In this document: in pieces, positions 47,158 through 56,743 of the stretch
How the letters are laid out: every line of letters begins with the position of its first letter
Numbering within the stretch: the stretch's first letter is position 1
Origin: Salinivirgaceae bacterium
Lineage (GTDB): Bacteria > Bacteroidota > Bacteroidia > Bacteroidales > SZUA-534
Reading direction: 5' to 3'
Length of the DNA stretch: 64,000 nt
NCBI GenBank assembly: GCA_016342715.1
Contig: JAEINW010000001.1
Location: forward strand, 5,984 to 69,983
The notes under the pieces: generated by a model
Databases searched by the model: none
Told to the model about the DNA's origin: nothing
What the model saw: only the letters and a program-made list of their open reading frames with translations
Made by a program: the position numbers and the translations under genes

Positions 47158-48024
47158 TCAAAAATATAAAATTTTTGCAAGTGATCGATACGAATCTGCT
47201 TTTGTTTGATCAGCAATGGATTCATAATAATCAATAATGCTATTTATTAAGTTAATAATTGTTTCTCTGTTTGTACAAGGTTGGAAATAGGCCTTTTTAT
47301 TTTCCAGCTTTTGTTGTTTAATGAAAAGTTGAATTTCTTTTTTTCCAAATACAATCCCTTTATTAAAGGGATTTATATAAAAAAGAACTCCGTTGCTTTG
47401 TTCATCATCAAAAGCTTCCAGTTCTTTATCGCGGTAACAAAGTATAAAGTTTTTGGGTAAGGATACTCCATATACGGGAATATTCAATTGTTGGGCTATT
47501 ATGGCATATAATATGGAAAGAGATATGGGTGATCCTTTTTTTGAGTCTAATAATTGATTTAAAAAATGAGTGTTTGGGTTTTTTTGAAAGGTATTATTTC
47601 TTGAAAAATTATGTAATTCATAGAAAATGTGGTTTATAATTTTTACTTTTTCTAAAGCCGTTAAATTTTCATTTATTTCCAGCCAAATATCATTTTTTAT
47701 TTTTTCAATTTTTGCAAGTAGCTCTTCCTCATTAATATCGGGGTATTGAAAACGATTAATTAGAAATGCTCCTTTAAATAAGTCGCTAGCTCCATTATCA
47801 ACCCATGTTTTTAGCTGAGTTGTTATGTCGTTTTGATGAATTTCTTGAATAATATTTTCTATTCGCGATTGAAACAGATGGTCTAATGAGTTTTCCCATG
47901 CCTTTTCAAGGAAAGGAATTACCTCTGAGCCCATTTGACCCAATTTGATACGGATGGCTTTAAATACATCCGTATCTGGGTCATCGAGTAATTTTATAAG
48001 TGAATCTATTTCTTTTTTTGTCAT
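47158..48024 (-). CDS. Transglutaminase-like/SirB1-family protein
   Basis: Block LLDSKKGSPISLSILYAIIAQQLNIPVYGVSLPKNFILCY resembles the UPF0162/SirB1 N-terminal region. Weak call. Confidence 0.4.
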   Translation of the reverse strand: MTKKEIDSLIKLLDDPDTDVFKAIRIKLGQMGSEVIPFLEKAWENSLDHLFQSRIENIIQEIHQNDITTQLKTWVDNGASDLFKGAFLINRFQYPDINEEELLAKIEKIKNDIWLEINENLTALEKVKIINHIFYELHNFSRNNTFQKNPNTHFLNQLLDSKKGSPISLSILYAIIAQQLNIPVYGVSLPKNFILCYRDKELEAFDDEQSNGVLFYINPFNKGIVFGKKEIQLFIKQQKLENKKAYFQPCTNRETIINLINSIIDYYESIADQTKADSYRSLAKILYF

Positions 48025-48896
48025 TATTGAGTCAGTCTTTCAAGAACTGTCAAAATTAATGATTTAACTGATGTTTTATAGTCTTGGCTGTATTCTTTTC
48101 TAATTCTATTGGCAATAATATTACAAACAGTAAGTGCATTATGCCCTAAAAGTGCTGATAATCCGTAAATTGCAGAGCATTCCATTTCATAATTGGTTAT
48201 GTTTAAACCCTCATAATCAAAAGCTGTAATTTTATCGTTAATGTCAGCATCCTGAATTGGTAAGCGTAAAACGCGTCCCTGTGGTCCGTAAAAACCAGGA
48301 GCAGAAATAGTTAAACCCTGACGCATATCGTGTGCCACTTTTTGTAATAAATTATCAGATCCGGGTACAAAGTAGGGAGCTGTTAATTGTTTATTCCAAG
48401 TAAGGTGCTTTTTAAATGCTTCTTCCATATCATTGTTAGTAACATTATTTCTGTTGGCATAGTAGTTTAATAAGCCATCAAAACCAATGGCCATTTTTGA
48501 AGCTACAGGAGTATCCACCGGAATATCACCTTGTAAAGCTCCAGAAGTTCCAATTCTAACAAAATTCAGTACTTTTTTTTTCGTTTTTTCTAGTCTGGTT
48601 TCCAAATCAATATTTACCAGAGCGTCCAACTCATTTACAACAATATCAATGTTGTCGGTACCAATTCCTGTAGATGTTACTGTTATTCTTTTTCCATTAA
48701 AGTAACCTGTATGGGTAATAAACTCTCGGTTTTGTTTTTTTACTTCAATTTTATCAAAGAAACTAGATACAACTTCTACACGATCTTGGTCTCCAACTAG
48801 AATAATGGTATCGGCAATTTCACCGGGTTTTAAATGAAGGTGAAATATACTTCCATCACTATTAATTATTAATTCTGATTCTGGAATTCTTCTCAT
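48024..48896 (-). CDS. Nucleoside phosphorylase (PNP_UDP_1 family; uridine/purine nucleoside phosphorylase-like)
   Basis: GDQDRV, TSTGIGTDNIDIVVNEL, YEMECSAIYG. I place the start at the internal Met (MRRIPESEL); the longer track ORF runs into the divergent promoter. Confidence 0.7.
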   Translation of the reverse strand: MRRIPESELIINSDGSIFHLHLKPGEIADTIILVGDQDRVEVVSSFFDKIEVKKQNREFITHTGYFNGKRITVTSTGIGTDNIDIVVNELDALVNIDLETRLEKTKKKVLNFVRIGTSGALQGDIPVDTPVASKMAIGFDGLLNYYANRNNVTNNDMEEAFKKHLTWNKQLTAPYFVPGSDNLLQKVAHDMRQGLTISAPGFYGPQGRVLRLPIQDADINDKITAFDYEGLNITNYEMECSAIYGLSALLGHNALTVCNIIANRIRKEYSQDYKTSVKSLILTVLERLTQ

Positions 48897-48965
48897 AATT
48901 AGATGTAGTTTACTTTGTTTTGTAAAAATATTATTTGTTATTGTTAGCTTATCATTTTTAAATCC

Positions 48966-48973
48966 TATTTTTG
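48966..48973 (+). promoter_or_regulatory. Candidate -7 box (TAnnTTTG)
   Basis: TATTTTTG, 34 nt upstream of the ATG at 49007. Confidence 0.4.
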
Positions 48974-49006
48974 TAAAAACGATAACTTCAAATGTAAAAA
49001 AAGAAT

Positions 49007-49882
49007 ATGGATTCAACAACCAATCATTTACTAGTACCGGTAGATTATTCTGAAAAATCAATGTATGGATTGCAAATGGCAGATAATCTACTAAATAAAT
49101 CAGGGGGTCAGTTAACCGTTATTAACATATTGAAAGGCGTAGATCCCATTTGGTCAGACTTTTTTACTGAGGAAGAACGTCAGAATTTATTACTGAAACT
49201 TAAAAAGCATTTAGAGAATTTCACTGCTAAATACATAAAAAATGGGAATTATAAGGTGAATTATATGATTTCTAAAGGAATGTTATGTGATACTATTTTG
49301 AAGACAGCGAATGAGCTTGATGTTACTAAGATAATTATGGGAACCAGTACGGCCGATAATATTAAAAAACGGATTATTGGAACCAATGCTTTGAGAGTGG
49401 TTTCAGAGGCTCATTGTCCAGTTATTACATTAAAGAAAACTCCACAGTCAAATGAAATTAATAAAATTATTTTGCCTTTAGATGTGAGCAAAGAAACCAA
49501 AGAAAAAGTGGTTTATGCTGTTCATTTGGCAAAACGATATGATGCCGAAATTGATGTGATTTCTGCTTATACTATTAATGACGAGATTATCTTGAAAAAA
49601 CTTGATTTACAGCAAAAACAAGTGGTAAGGTTTATTAAAGATCATGGGATAAAATGTGAAGGTGATTTAATAAAGGTAAAGGATAGAGTAGATGGTGTGC
49701 TAAAATATATGGAAGATAAAAAAGGTGACTTGGTTGTAATTACAACCCATCAGCAGATGGAATTAGTTTCGTCATTTATGGGATCGTTTGCTAAAAGTAT
49801 AATAAGCAAGGCAAACATTCCTGTAATGAGCATTGTTCCTAAAATTAAAAATCATGTAATATTTAAGCTTCCAGCATCTTAA
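49007..49882 (+). CDS. Tandem-domain universal stress protein family
   Basis: LLVPVDYSEKS..., two Usp-like halves, 291 aa. Confidence 0.7.
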   Translation: MDSTTNHLLVPVDYSEKSMYGLQMADNLLNKSGGQLTVINILKGVDPIWSDFFTEEERQNLLLKLKKHLENFTAKYIKNGNYKVNYMISKGMLCDTILKTANELDVTKIIMGTSTADNIKKRIIGTNALRVVSEAHCPVITLKKTPQSNEINKIILPLDVSKETKEKVVYAVHLAKRYDAEIDVISAYTINDEIILKKLDLQQKQVVRFIKDHGIKCEGDLIKVKDRVDGVLKYMEDKKGDLVVITTHQQMELVSSFMGSFAKSIISKANIPVMSIVPKIKNHVIFKLPAS

Positions 49883-49920
49883 AAAAGCAAATATATATTT
49901 ATTAATAAAATCGAACGAAA

Positions 49921-50736
49921 ATGAAAAAACAACAAAGTCTTGTAGTTATTGGATTAGCAGTATTGCTTGCAATTATATTATTGGGTGGTAGATTATTTTT
50001 AACCTTGGATGCCACAGAGCGTGGGGTAATATTTAAACCATTTAGCGAAGAAAGTTTAGATAAGGAAAATGTATATGGCCCTGGAATTCATATAATTGCC
50101 CCATGGAATAAAATGTTTGTATTCGATGTGAAAGAACAGAAAAGTGAAGAACCAATGGATGTTTTAGATAGAAGTGGACTATCTGTGAATATTGACGTAA
50201 CCGTGCGTTTTTACCCTGTATATGACAAAATTGGATATTTATATGAAGGGTTTAGACTCGATTATGCGAATTTATTAGTAATTCCTGAAGTAAGATCAAC
50301 CGTACGACAAGTAGCTGGTAGATATACCGCTGAAGAGATTTATTCTACCAAACGTTCTGAAGTTGAACAAGCAATTATTGATGAGGCAGGGGCAAAACTT
50401 AAAGATAATAATATTGAGATGAAAGCATTGCTTATTCGTTCAATTAATCTACCTAGTGAAATTAGGAAAGCGATTGAGACTAAATTGACACAGGAGCAAG
50501 AGGCCTTAGCATATAAGTTTAAACTTGAAAAAGAAACTTCAGAAGCTGAGCGTAAGAGAATTGCCGCTGAGGGTGAGGCTGTTGCCAATAAAATTATTAA
50601 CTCTAGTTTAACACCTGAGTTATTAAAAATGCGTGGTATTGAAGCTACTTTAGAATTGGCAAAATCACCAAATACCAAAGTTGTGGTGGTTGGAAGTGGA
50701 AAAGATGGAATGCCGTTGATTTTAGGAAATAATTAA
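49921..50736 (+). CDS. SPFH/band-7 (prohibitin/HflC-like) membrane protein
   Basis: N-terminal transmembrane segment, SPFH core, Glu/Ala-rich coiled coil (EQEALAYKFKLEKETSEAERKRIAAEGEA). Confidence 0.85.
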   Translation: MKKQQSLVVIGLAVLLAIILLGGRLFLTLDATERGVIFKPFSEESLDKENVYGPGIHIIAPWNKMFVFDVKEQKSEEPMDVLDRSGLSVNIDVTVRFYPVYDKIGYLYEGFRLDYANLLVIPEVRSTVRQVAGRYTAEEIYSTKRSEVEQAIIDEAGAKLKDNNIEMKALLIRSINLPSEIRKAIETKLTQEQEALAYKFKLEKETSEAERKRIAAEGEAVANKIINSSLTPELLKMRGIEATLELAKSPNTKVVVVGSGKDGMPLILGNN

Positions 50737-50800
50737 TATGTTGATTATTAGTTAGATATTGATTTGTTTAATAATCTAATTATTGAGATTTCAACTAAAA

Positions 50801-50850
50801 GTTACAAGTTACAAGTTGCAGGTTTAAACCCGCAACTTGCAACTCGTAAC
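50801..50850 (-). terminator. uvrA terminator (long hairpin, best formed in the minus-strand RNA)
   Basis: 25-nt arms (50801-50825 and 50826-50850). The three mismatches are A.C on the plus strand but G.U on the minus strand. On the minus strand the hairpin is followed by TTTT. Confidence 0.65.
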
Positions 50851-50924
50851 CTCGAAAAGAGTTAGGTGGGTATTTTAAATAAATAATTATTGGAATTTAT
50901 TTATTGTGGACAGTATTAAACTAA

Positions 50925-53717
50925 CTAATGCAGTTTCTCTGCTAAAAATTGTCCGGTATAAGATTTCTTGCATTTTGCTAAATCTTCAGGTGTACCTTCA
51001 AAAACTAATTCTCCTCCCTTATCTCCACCTTCTGGACCAAGATCAATCACCCAATCGGCATTCTTAATAATTTCATGATTGTGTTCAATAATAAGTACCG
51101 TATTCCCTTTTTTAATGAGCGCATTAAACGATTTTAACAGGTTATTAATATCATGAAAATGCAGACCCGTAGTAGGTTCATCGAAAATAAAAAGAATGGG
51201 CTGATTGGAACGTTCTTTGCCAAGAAATGAAGCTAATTTTATGCGTTGGCTTTCCCCACCACTTAAAGTGCTCGATGATTGACCAAGCTGAACATATCCC
51301 AAACCAACATCTATTAATGTTTGAAGCTTCTTATTTATTTTTGTGCTTATTGTAGTTGGTTTTTCATTAAAGAATTCAAAGGCGTCATTAACGGTCAATT
51401 GCAAAATATCATGAATGCTTTTCGATCGGAATTTAACATCTAAAACATCTTGTTTAAAACGTTTTCCTTTGCAACTTTCGCATTCCAATTCAATGTCGGC
51501 CATAAATTGCATTTCCACTTTTATGCTTCCTTCACCTTGACATTCATCGCAACGACCGCCATCTACATTAAACGAAAAGTGTGCGGGTTTAAAACCCATA
51601 ACCTTGGCCGACTTTAATTCTGAGAATAGTTTTCTTATTTCATCATATGCTTTAATGTAGGTCACTGGATTTGATCTGGACGATCGTCCAATGGGATTTT
51701 GATCTACAAATTCCACATCGCTTAAAAGATTTAAATCGCCCGATAAACGGTCGAAATGACCTGATTCATCACTATGCCCACCATATCTTTTCTTTAAGGA
51801 AGTGTATAATACTTTTTTTATAAGTGATGATTTTCCGGAACCTGAAACCCCGCTTACAACTGTTAAAATATTTAGCGGAATCTTGAGACTAAGGTTTTTT
51901 AAATTGTTTTCTCTAGCCCCTTCAATCATTAAATAATTGTTCCATTTTCTGCGAATTTTTGGAACCTCAATAAACAATTCGTTGGTTAAATATTTCGTTG
52001 TTAAGCTGTTTTTATTTCCAATTAATTCATCCTGATTTCCTTGAAATACGACTTCACCACCATGGGTTCCTGCCAATGGACCAATGTCAATAACTTGATC
52101 AGCAGCTCTAATAATATCTTCGTCATGCTCTACCACAACTACCGTATTGCCCAACTTTTGCAAATCGCGTAATACTTTGATTAAAAGCTGCGTGTCTTTT
52201 GAATGCAACCCAATGCTGGGTTCATCTAAAACATAAAGAGATCCCACCAAACTGCTACCCAATGAAGTTGCTAAATTAATACGTTGTGATTCTCCACCCG
52301 AAAGGGTAGAAGATACCCTGTTTAAGGTCAAATATCCCAAGCCAACATCTTGTAAAAACTGAATTCTGTTTTTTATTTCAAGAAACAAACGTTCGGCAAC
52401 TTTTTTATCGTGATTATCTAGCTTTATCGATGAAACAAATATTGATAAGTCTTTTATAGGAAGGTTAACTAATTCTGTAATTGACTTAGCACCCACCTTA
52501 ATATAGTTGGTTTCTTTTTTTAGTCGGGTTCCTTTGCATTCGGGGCAAGTCGTTCTTCCTCGGTATCTCGAAAGCATTACTCGATATTGAATTTTATAGG
52601 CTTTTTCTTCTAAATACTGAAAAAAACGATGCAATCCATGAAAATGTTTATTCCCCGTCCATAACAGTTCCATTTCATCGGCTGAAAGCTGATTTACTGG
52701 TTTATGAATGGGAAAATTATACTTGTCGGCACTGTAAATTAATTTGTTTTTCCATTCTGCCATTTTTTCTCCACGCCAACATGCAATGGCATCGTCGTAA
52801 ATTGAAACACTTTTGTTGGGAATCACCAAATCGGGATCAATTCCGATAGTCATTCCATAGCCTTCGCATCGCGGACAAGCGCCTAAGGGATTATTGAAAC
52901 TAAAGGTATGTATGGTGGGTTCTTCAAAAGAAATTCCATCGGCTTCAAATTGACTTGAAAAATGCTGTTCAATAGGAGTGTCTCCATCAAGAATTCTAAT
53001 TATACAAGTTCCATGCCCCTCAAAAAAACTTGTTTGTACAGAATCAGCAATTCGGCTCAAGGTGTCTTGTTCTTGATTGAAAATTATTCGATCAATTACA
53101 ATATTAATGGCTTCCTTGGTTTTGAAATCAGTAAATTCTTCAATTTTGACTACTTCATTTTTAAATTCAATTCTTGAAAATCCTTGCTGTTTTAAAACTT
53201 CAAGAGTTTGTTCCAAAGATCTATCCTTTTTATGATTTAGCGGCGAAAGAATTAATGCTTTCGTGTTTTCAGGGAATTTATTTAAAAAATTAATAATATC
53301 TTCTGGGTGATGCTTTTTTACAAGATTTCCAGAAATGGGTGAATATGTTTTTCCAATGCGGGCATATAATAACTTTAAATAATCGTAGATTTCAGTGGAT
53401 GTGCCTACTGTAGATCGCGGATTTAGGGTATTTACTTTTTGTTCGATAGCAATTGCCGGTGGAATACCCTTAATAAAATCAACCTCTGGTTTATGAACCC
53501 TGCCCAAAAATTGACGCGCATACGATGATAAACTTTCAACATATCTGCGTTGCCCTTCGGCATAAAGCGTATCAAAGGCCAATGATGATTTTCCGCTACC
53601 CGAAAGACCCGTAATTACAACCAATTGATTTCTAGGTATATTTAAGCTAATATTTTTGAGGTTGTGAACTTTAGCTCCTTTTATTTCAATATATTTTTCT
53701 TTTGTCATATGCGCCAT
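50925..53717 (-). CDS. uvrA: Excinuclease ABC subunit A
   Basis: GLSGSGKSSLAFDT, two LSGGESQRI signatures, Zn-finger Cys pairs, 930 aa. Confidence 0.95.
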   Translation of the reverse strand: MAHMTKEKYIEIKGAKVHNLKNISLNIPRNQLVVITGLSGSGKSSLAFDTLYAEGQRRYVESLSSYARQFLGRVHKPEVDFIKGIPPAIAIEQKVNTLNPRSTVGTSTEIYDYLKLLYARIGKTYSPISGNLVKKHHPEDIINFLNKFPENTKALILSPLNHKKDRSLEQTLEVLKQQGFSRIEFKNEVVKIEEFTDFKTKEAINIVIDRIIFNQEQDTLSRIADSVQTSFFEGHGTCIIRILDGDTPIEQHFSSQFEADGISFEEPTIHTFSFNNPLGACPRCEGYGMTIGIDPDLVIPNKSVSIYDDAIACWRGEKMAEWKNKLIYSADKYNFPIHKPVNQLSADEMELLWTGNKHFHGLHRFFQYLEEKAYKIQYRVMLSRYRGRTTCPECKGTRLKKETNYIKVGAKSITELVNLPIKDLSIFVSSIKLDNHDKKVAERLFLEIKNRIQFLQDVGLGYLTLNRVSSTLSGGESQRINLATSLGSSLVGSLYVLDEPSIGLHSKDTQLLIKVLRDLQKLGNTVVVVEHDEDIIRAADQVIDIGPLAGTHGGEVVFQGNQDELIGNKNSLTTKYLTNELFIEVPKIRRKWNNYLMIEGARENNLKNLSLKIPLNILTVVSGVSGSGKSSLIKKVLYTSLKKRYGGHSDESGHFDRLSGDLNLLSDVEFVDQNPIGRSSRSNPVTYIKAYDEIRKLFSELKSAKVMGFKPAHFSFNVDGGRCDECQGEGSIKVEMQFMADIELECESCKGKRFKQDVLDVKFRSKSIHDILQLTVNDAFEFFNEKPTTISTKINKKLQTLIDVGLGYVQLGQSSSTLSGGESQRIKLASFLGKERSNQPILFIFDEPTTGLHFHDINNLLKSFNALIKKGNTVLIIEHNHEIIKNADWVIDLGPEGGDKGGELVFEGTPEDLAKCKKSYTGQFLAEKLH

Positions 53718-53832
53718 TTAAACTATAAAACCTTTATCAGGACGAAAGGTTTGTTTGTCTTCAATTTTTATTTGATTGACAAAGATTGTTTTTTTTTTCT
53801 TGAACAATATTAGGAGTGGGGAGTTTTTTTTA

Positions 53833-53840
53833 TATATTTG
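53833..53840 (+). promoter_or_regulatory. Candidate -7 box (TAnnTTTG)
   Basis: TATATTTG, 84 nt upstream of the sigma-factor ATG. Confidence 0.3.
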
Positions 53841-53923
53841 CCCTATTCAAATTATTAATCACTTAAAAGAAAGGACTGCTTATAGAAACATAATTACACT
53901 TAACCAAAAACTAGGAGGTAGTT

Positions 53924-54514
53924 ATGAGTATTCATAGTTTAAATGATTATGATTTAATTAAGCAGTATTTAGGTGGAAAAGAATCCAGCCTTGAAATATT
54001 AATCAATCGTCACAAAAACAAAGTCTTTTCTTATATATTAATGGTTGTAAAAAACCGTGAACTTGCTGAAGATATTTTTCAAGATGCTTTTATTAAAGTT
54101 ATTAAATCGCTTCACGCAGGAAATTATAAAGAAGAGGGAAGATTTGTATCGTGGGTCATGCGAATCTCGCATAATCTAATCATTGATTTTTACCGAAAAG
54201 ACAAACATTTAAAAACGGTTTCTGATGATGAAACTGAGTATCCTTTATTTAATTCTTCAAAATTTTCGGATGCAACTATTGAAGAAAACTTAATTAAGGA
54301 ACAAATTCATCAGGATGTTAAAGATTTGGTTGAAAAATTGCCAGATGAGCAAAAGGAGGTAGTTGTATTAAGGTATTACTATGGCTTGAGTTTCAAAGAA
54401 ATTGCTGAACATACTAGTGTTAGTATAAATACAGCTTTAGGTAGAATGAGATATGCAATTATTAATTTACGCAAGCTTATGGTGGAATCAAAAGTTGACC
54501 TTGTTTTTAATTAA
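53924..54514 (+). CDS. ECF-type sigma-70 family RNA polymerase sigma factor
   Basis: Region 2 (DIFQDAFIKV...WVMRISHNLIIDFYRK) and region 4 HTH (LSFKEIAEHTSVSINTALGRMRYA). Confidence 0.85.
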   Translation: MSIHSLNDYDLIKQYLGGKESSLEILINRHKNKVFSYILMVVKNRELAEDIFQDAFIKVIKSLHAGNYKEEGRFVSWVMRISHNLIIDFYRKDKHLKTVSDDETEYPLFNSSKFSDATIEENLIKEQIHQDVKDLVEKLPDEQKEVVVLRYYYGLSFKEIAEHTSVSINTALGRMRYAIINLRKLMVESKVDLVFN

Positions 54515-54632
54515 AAAATAAAATATATTCTATTTTTTATAATAAATAGAAATTGGTGTCGTTTCATATTTAAATGATTGAAAAAACACCGTGCCTATGC
54601 GTATAATTACTATTTGTTATCAATTAAAGAAA

Positions 54633-54800
54633 ATGTTTGGTATAAATGAGTCTACGAAAGCTGACAAATTCGTAATGGATGGGCTTTCTGAAAGCTATGA
54701 ACCTTCTGAGAAAACATTAACTAACATCCTGGGTTTTTCAAATGCTTATAGGTTTGAAAAATCTAAAAATATTGGAGATGTTGAGTATCTAATTAATTGA
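54633..54800 (+). CDS. Small hypothetical protein downstream of the ECF sigma factor
   Basis: Only an ORF plus a strong downstream terminator. The start is ambiguous (GTG 54591, ATG 54597, ATG 54633). No recognisable domain. Confidence 0.3.
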   Translation: MFGINESTKADKFVMDGLSESYEPSEKTLTNILGFSNAYRFEKSKNIGDVEYLIN

Positions 54801-54828
54801 AAAAAAGCGGCATGGGCCGCTTTTTTTG
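54801..54828. terminator. Bidirectional Rho-independent terminator
   Basis: GCGGC (54807-54811) pairs with GCCGC (54816-54820), flanked by an A-run and a T-run between convergent genes. Confidence 0.75.
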
Positions 54829-54830
54829 TT

Positions 54831-55502
54831 TTAGATATCGTCAATAATTACATCTTTAGCTTCTTGATTACTTTTCTTAGCATTTTTCAACTTGTCTTTA
54901 TTTTCAGGAAGATATAGGTCTTTTGAAGCAATTTCAATATATCCCTTAAATTCTTCAAAAAACTTTTTTGCGTTGGAGTATTCTGAGCGAATTTCAGCAT
55001 TTTGATAGAGCAGACTTAAAAAAGCAATCTCTTTTTTTGTATTAAAAATATAACCTAATTTGATTCCTCCTTTGGTAATAAATACCATACTTCCTTTTGA
55101 ATTTTTATCGGTTTTCCTTTTTATGTCTGCTAAAATTTGGCTAACAACCACTAAAACTTCGGAGTATTCTGATTCATCAATATATCCTTCGAATTCATTA
55201 GAGGTTTTTGCTGTTTTTTCCTCGCCACTAGTATTTTCCGAGAACAAGGAAATTTTAACACCTTTCAAAATATCAGTACTATTTGCTGCTTTGTATTGAA
55301 CGGCCTCTACAATTAATTCAATTTTATCTTCCGCTTTTTGTTCATCAATTTCCCAAATATTCAAAGTATGTGTTATTTGGCTTTGATTTAAAGCTTTCGA
55401 TATTTTTGAACTTGGAGGTGTTCCATATAAAGTTTGCTGGGCAAACCCTTCGCTCATTAACAAGTATAAAATTGAAACTAGAATAATTGATACTGTCTTC
55501 AT
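54831..55502 (-). CDS. Hypothetical secreted protein
   Basis: N-terminal signal-peptide-like MKTVSIILVSILYLLMSEGFAQ. No recognisable domain. Confidence 0.5.
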   Translation of the reverse strand: MKTVSIILVSILYLLMSEGFAQQTLYGTPPSSKISKALNQSQITHTLNIWEIDEQKAEDKIELIVEAVQYKAANSTDILKGVKISLFSENTSGEEKTAKTSNEFEGYIDESEYSEVLVVVSQILADIKRKTDKNSKGSMVFITKGGIKLGYIFNTKKEIAFLSLLYQNAEIRSEYSNAKKFFEEFKGYIEIASKDLYLPENKDKLKNAKKSNQEAKDVIIDDI

Positions 55503-55736
55503 GGTTAAATTCTTTAGTGAATAATAATTTGATTAAAACCCAAATTGAGCGATTAGCTATCGCTATTCTGCTCAATCGACTGAGTTATTGTAAGGTTTTC
55601 AAATTTTTCATTTCACTCAAATTGTGAAAACCAACAATTTCTAGGTCGGGGTTAACTCTAAGTATAGCGCTTTTCATTTTATTCAAATCGCTCAACTTAG
55701 GTAAAAATAAAGAATTGTTTGTCAATATAAAAGAAA

Positions 55737-55760
55737 AGCCTTCCAAAATTTTGGAAGGCT
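55737..55760 (-). terminator. Perfect 24-nt palindrome, likely iorAB terminator
   Basis: AGCCTTCCAAAATTTTGGAAGGCT. On the minus strand it is followed by a T-rich tract. Confidence 0.55.
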
Positions 55761-55932
55761 CTATTTATGTATCAATTATTCTTTTAGCGGGCAATAAAAC
55801 TGTTGCAAATTGATTATTCTAACTCTCGCCCCTCATTCCCCTAAAGGCAAAGCACCATGCTACCAGCGTGTTGAATTTTTCCCTTGATGGGAAAGGAGTT
55901 ATGGCAGGCAAAAGCGAGTTTTCTTGCAGAGA

Positions 55933-56520
55933 CTAGTTAAGTGTCTTTTCAGCAAATTCTTTACCTGAACGAAGAGCAGATAAATTTACATCCACCACTT
56001 TTTGACCTTTGCTGGTAAATAGCTCTATAATACCTTGTTCCAAAGAACTCAATTCAATGGATTCAATAAATGGGGATGCAGCTCCTAACATGACCATATT
56101 TGACGATAATTTTGAGCCTATTTTTTCAGCAATACCATCAGCATCAATGGCAACAACTCTTTTTAGTGAGCCTAGTTTATTTAGTACCGCTTCAAGTTCA
56201 GGATAATTATTAATATTTTTAAAGGGAGTGGTATTGGTAACAATATATCCAGTTTCCGATAAATAGGGTAAATATCTTAAGGCTTCCATGGGCTCAATAG
56301 ATAAAATTAAATCTGCTTTTCCTTCAGGAATTAAATCTGAAAAAATAGCTTTGTCAGAAATTCTCATGTGCGACACCACCGCTCCTCCACGTTGGCTCAT
56401 TCCATGAGTTTCGGCTTGTTTTACATGCAATCCGTTTTTTAATGCAGCAACTCCAATGGCTGTGGCTATTGATAGGATTCCTTGACCTCCAACACCTGCT
56501 AATATGATATCTGTTTTCAT
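55933..56520 (-). CDS. iorB: Indolepyruvate:ferredoxin oxidoreductase subunit beta
   Basis: ILAGVGGQGILS N-terminus, 195 aa, downstream of iorA. Confidence 0.85.
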   Translation of the reverse strand: MKTDIILAGVGGQGILSIATAIGVAALKNGLHVKQAETHGMSQRGGAVVSHMRISDKAIFSDLIPEGKADLILSIEPMEALRYLPYLSETGYIVTNTTPFKNINNYPELEAVLNKLGSLKRVVAIDADGIAEKIGSKLSSNMVMLGAASPFIESIELSSLEQGIIELFTSKGQKVVDVNLSALRSGKEFAEKTLN

Positions 56521-56743
56521 GTGTTTAAACTTTAATTAATATTCTGAATTAATGCAAGTTGCAGCTTTCAACCTTAGTTTGGGTGAGCTTTGTTGCCTCA
56601 CTCTCACTTATTTTTTGATAGTGTTTGGCGAACCCTCATCAGGGAAAACATCTTACAGCTTGCTTTTTTATTCATATCCTTTTGTTTTTGTACCTCATTT
56701 CTTAAACTTACTTAAGGATGAGGGTTTCATCTGTTTATTTTTA

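Noticed and set aside
48897-49061. The N-terminal 55-codon extension of the nucleoside phosphorylase ORF in the track (start at 49061).
   Set aside because: The extension overlaps the start and the promoter -7 box of the divergent usp gene at 49007. It has no similarity to the phosphorylase fold, and the internal Met (MRRIPESEL) gives the normal protein length.
50811-50829. A 19-mer similarity (17/19) between CAAGTTGCAGGTTTAAACC here and CAAGTTGCAGCTTTCAACC at 56554-56572, suggesting a shared repeat family.
   Set aside because: A rough estimate of chance 17/19 matches among all position pairs on both strands of a 64-kb AT-biased sequence gives an expectation well above one. The match is not significant on its own.
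55824-55921. Assigning the GC-rich element to a known class (c-di-GMP-I riboswitch because of the GGCAAAGC/GGCAAAAGC repeats, SRP RNA, or a tRNA fragment).
   Set aside because: I could not build the required helices (GEMM P1/P2, SRP domain IV GGAA loop context) or find the T-loop GGTTCGAATCC. It also sits downstream of a gene rather than in a 5' leader. I kept it only as an unclassified candidate.
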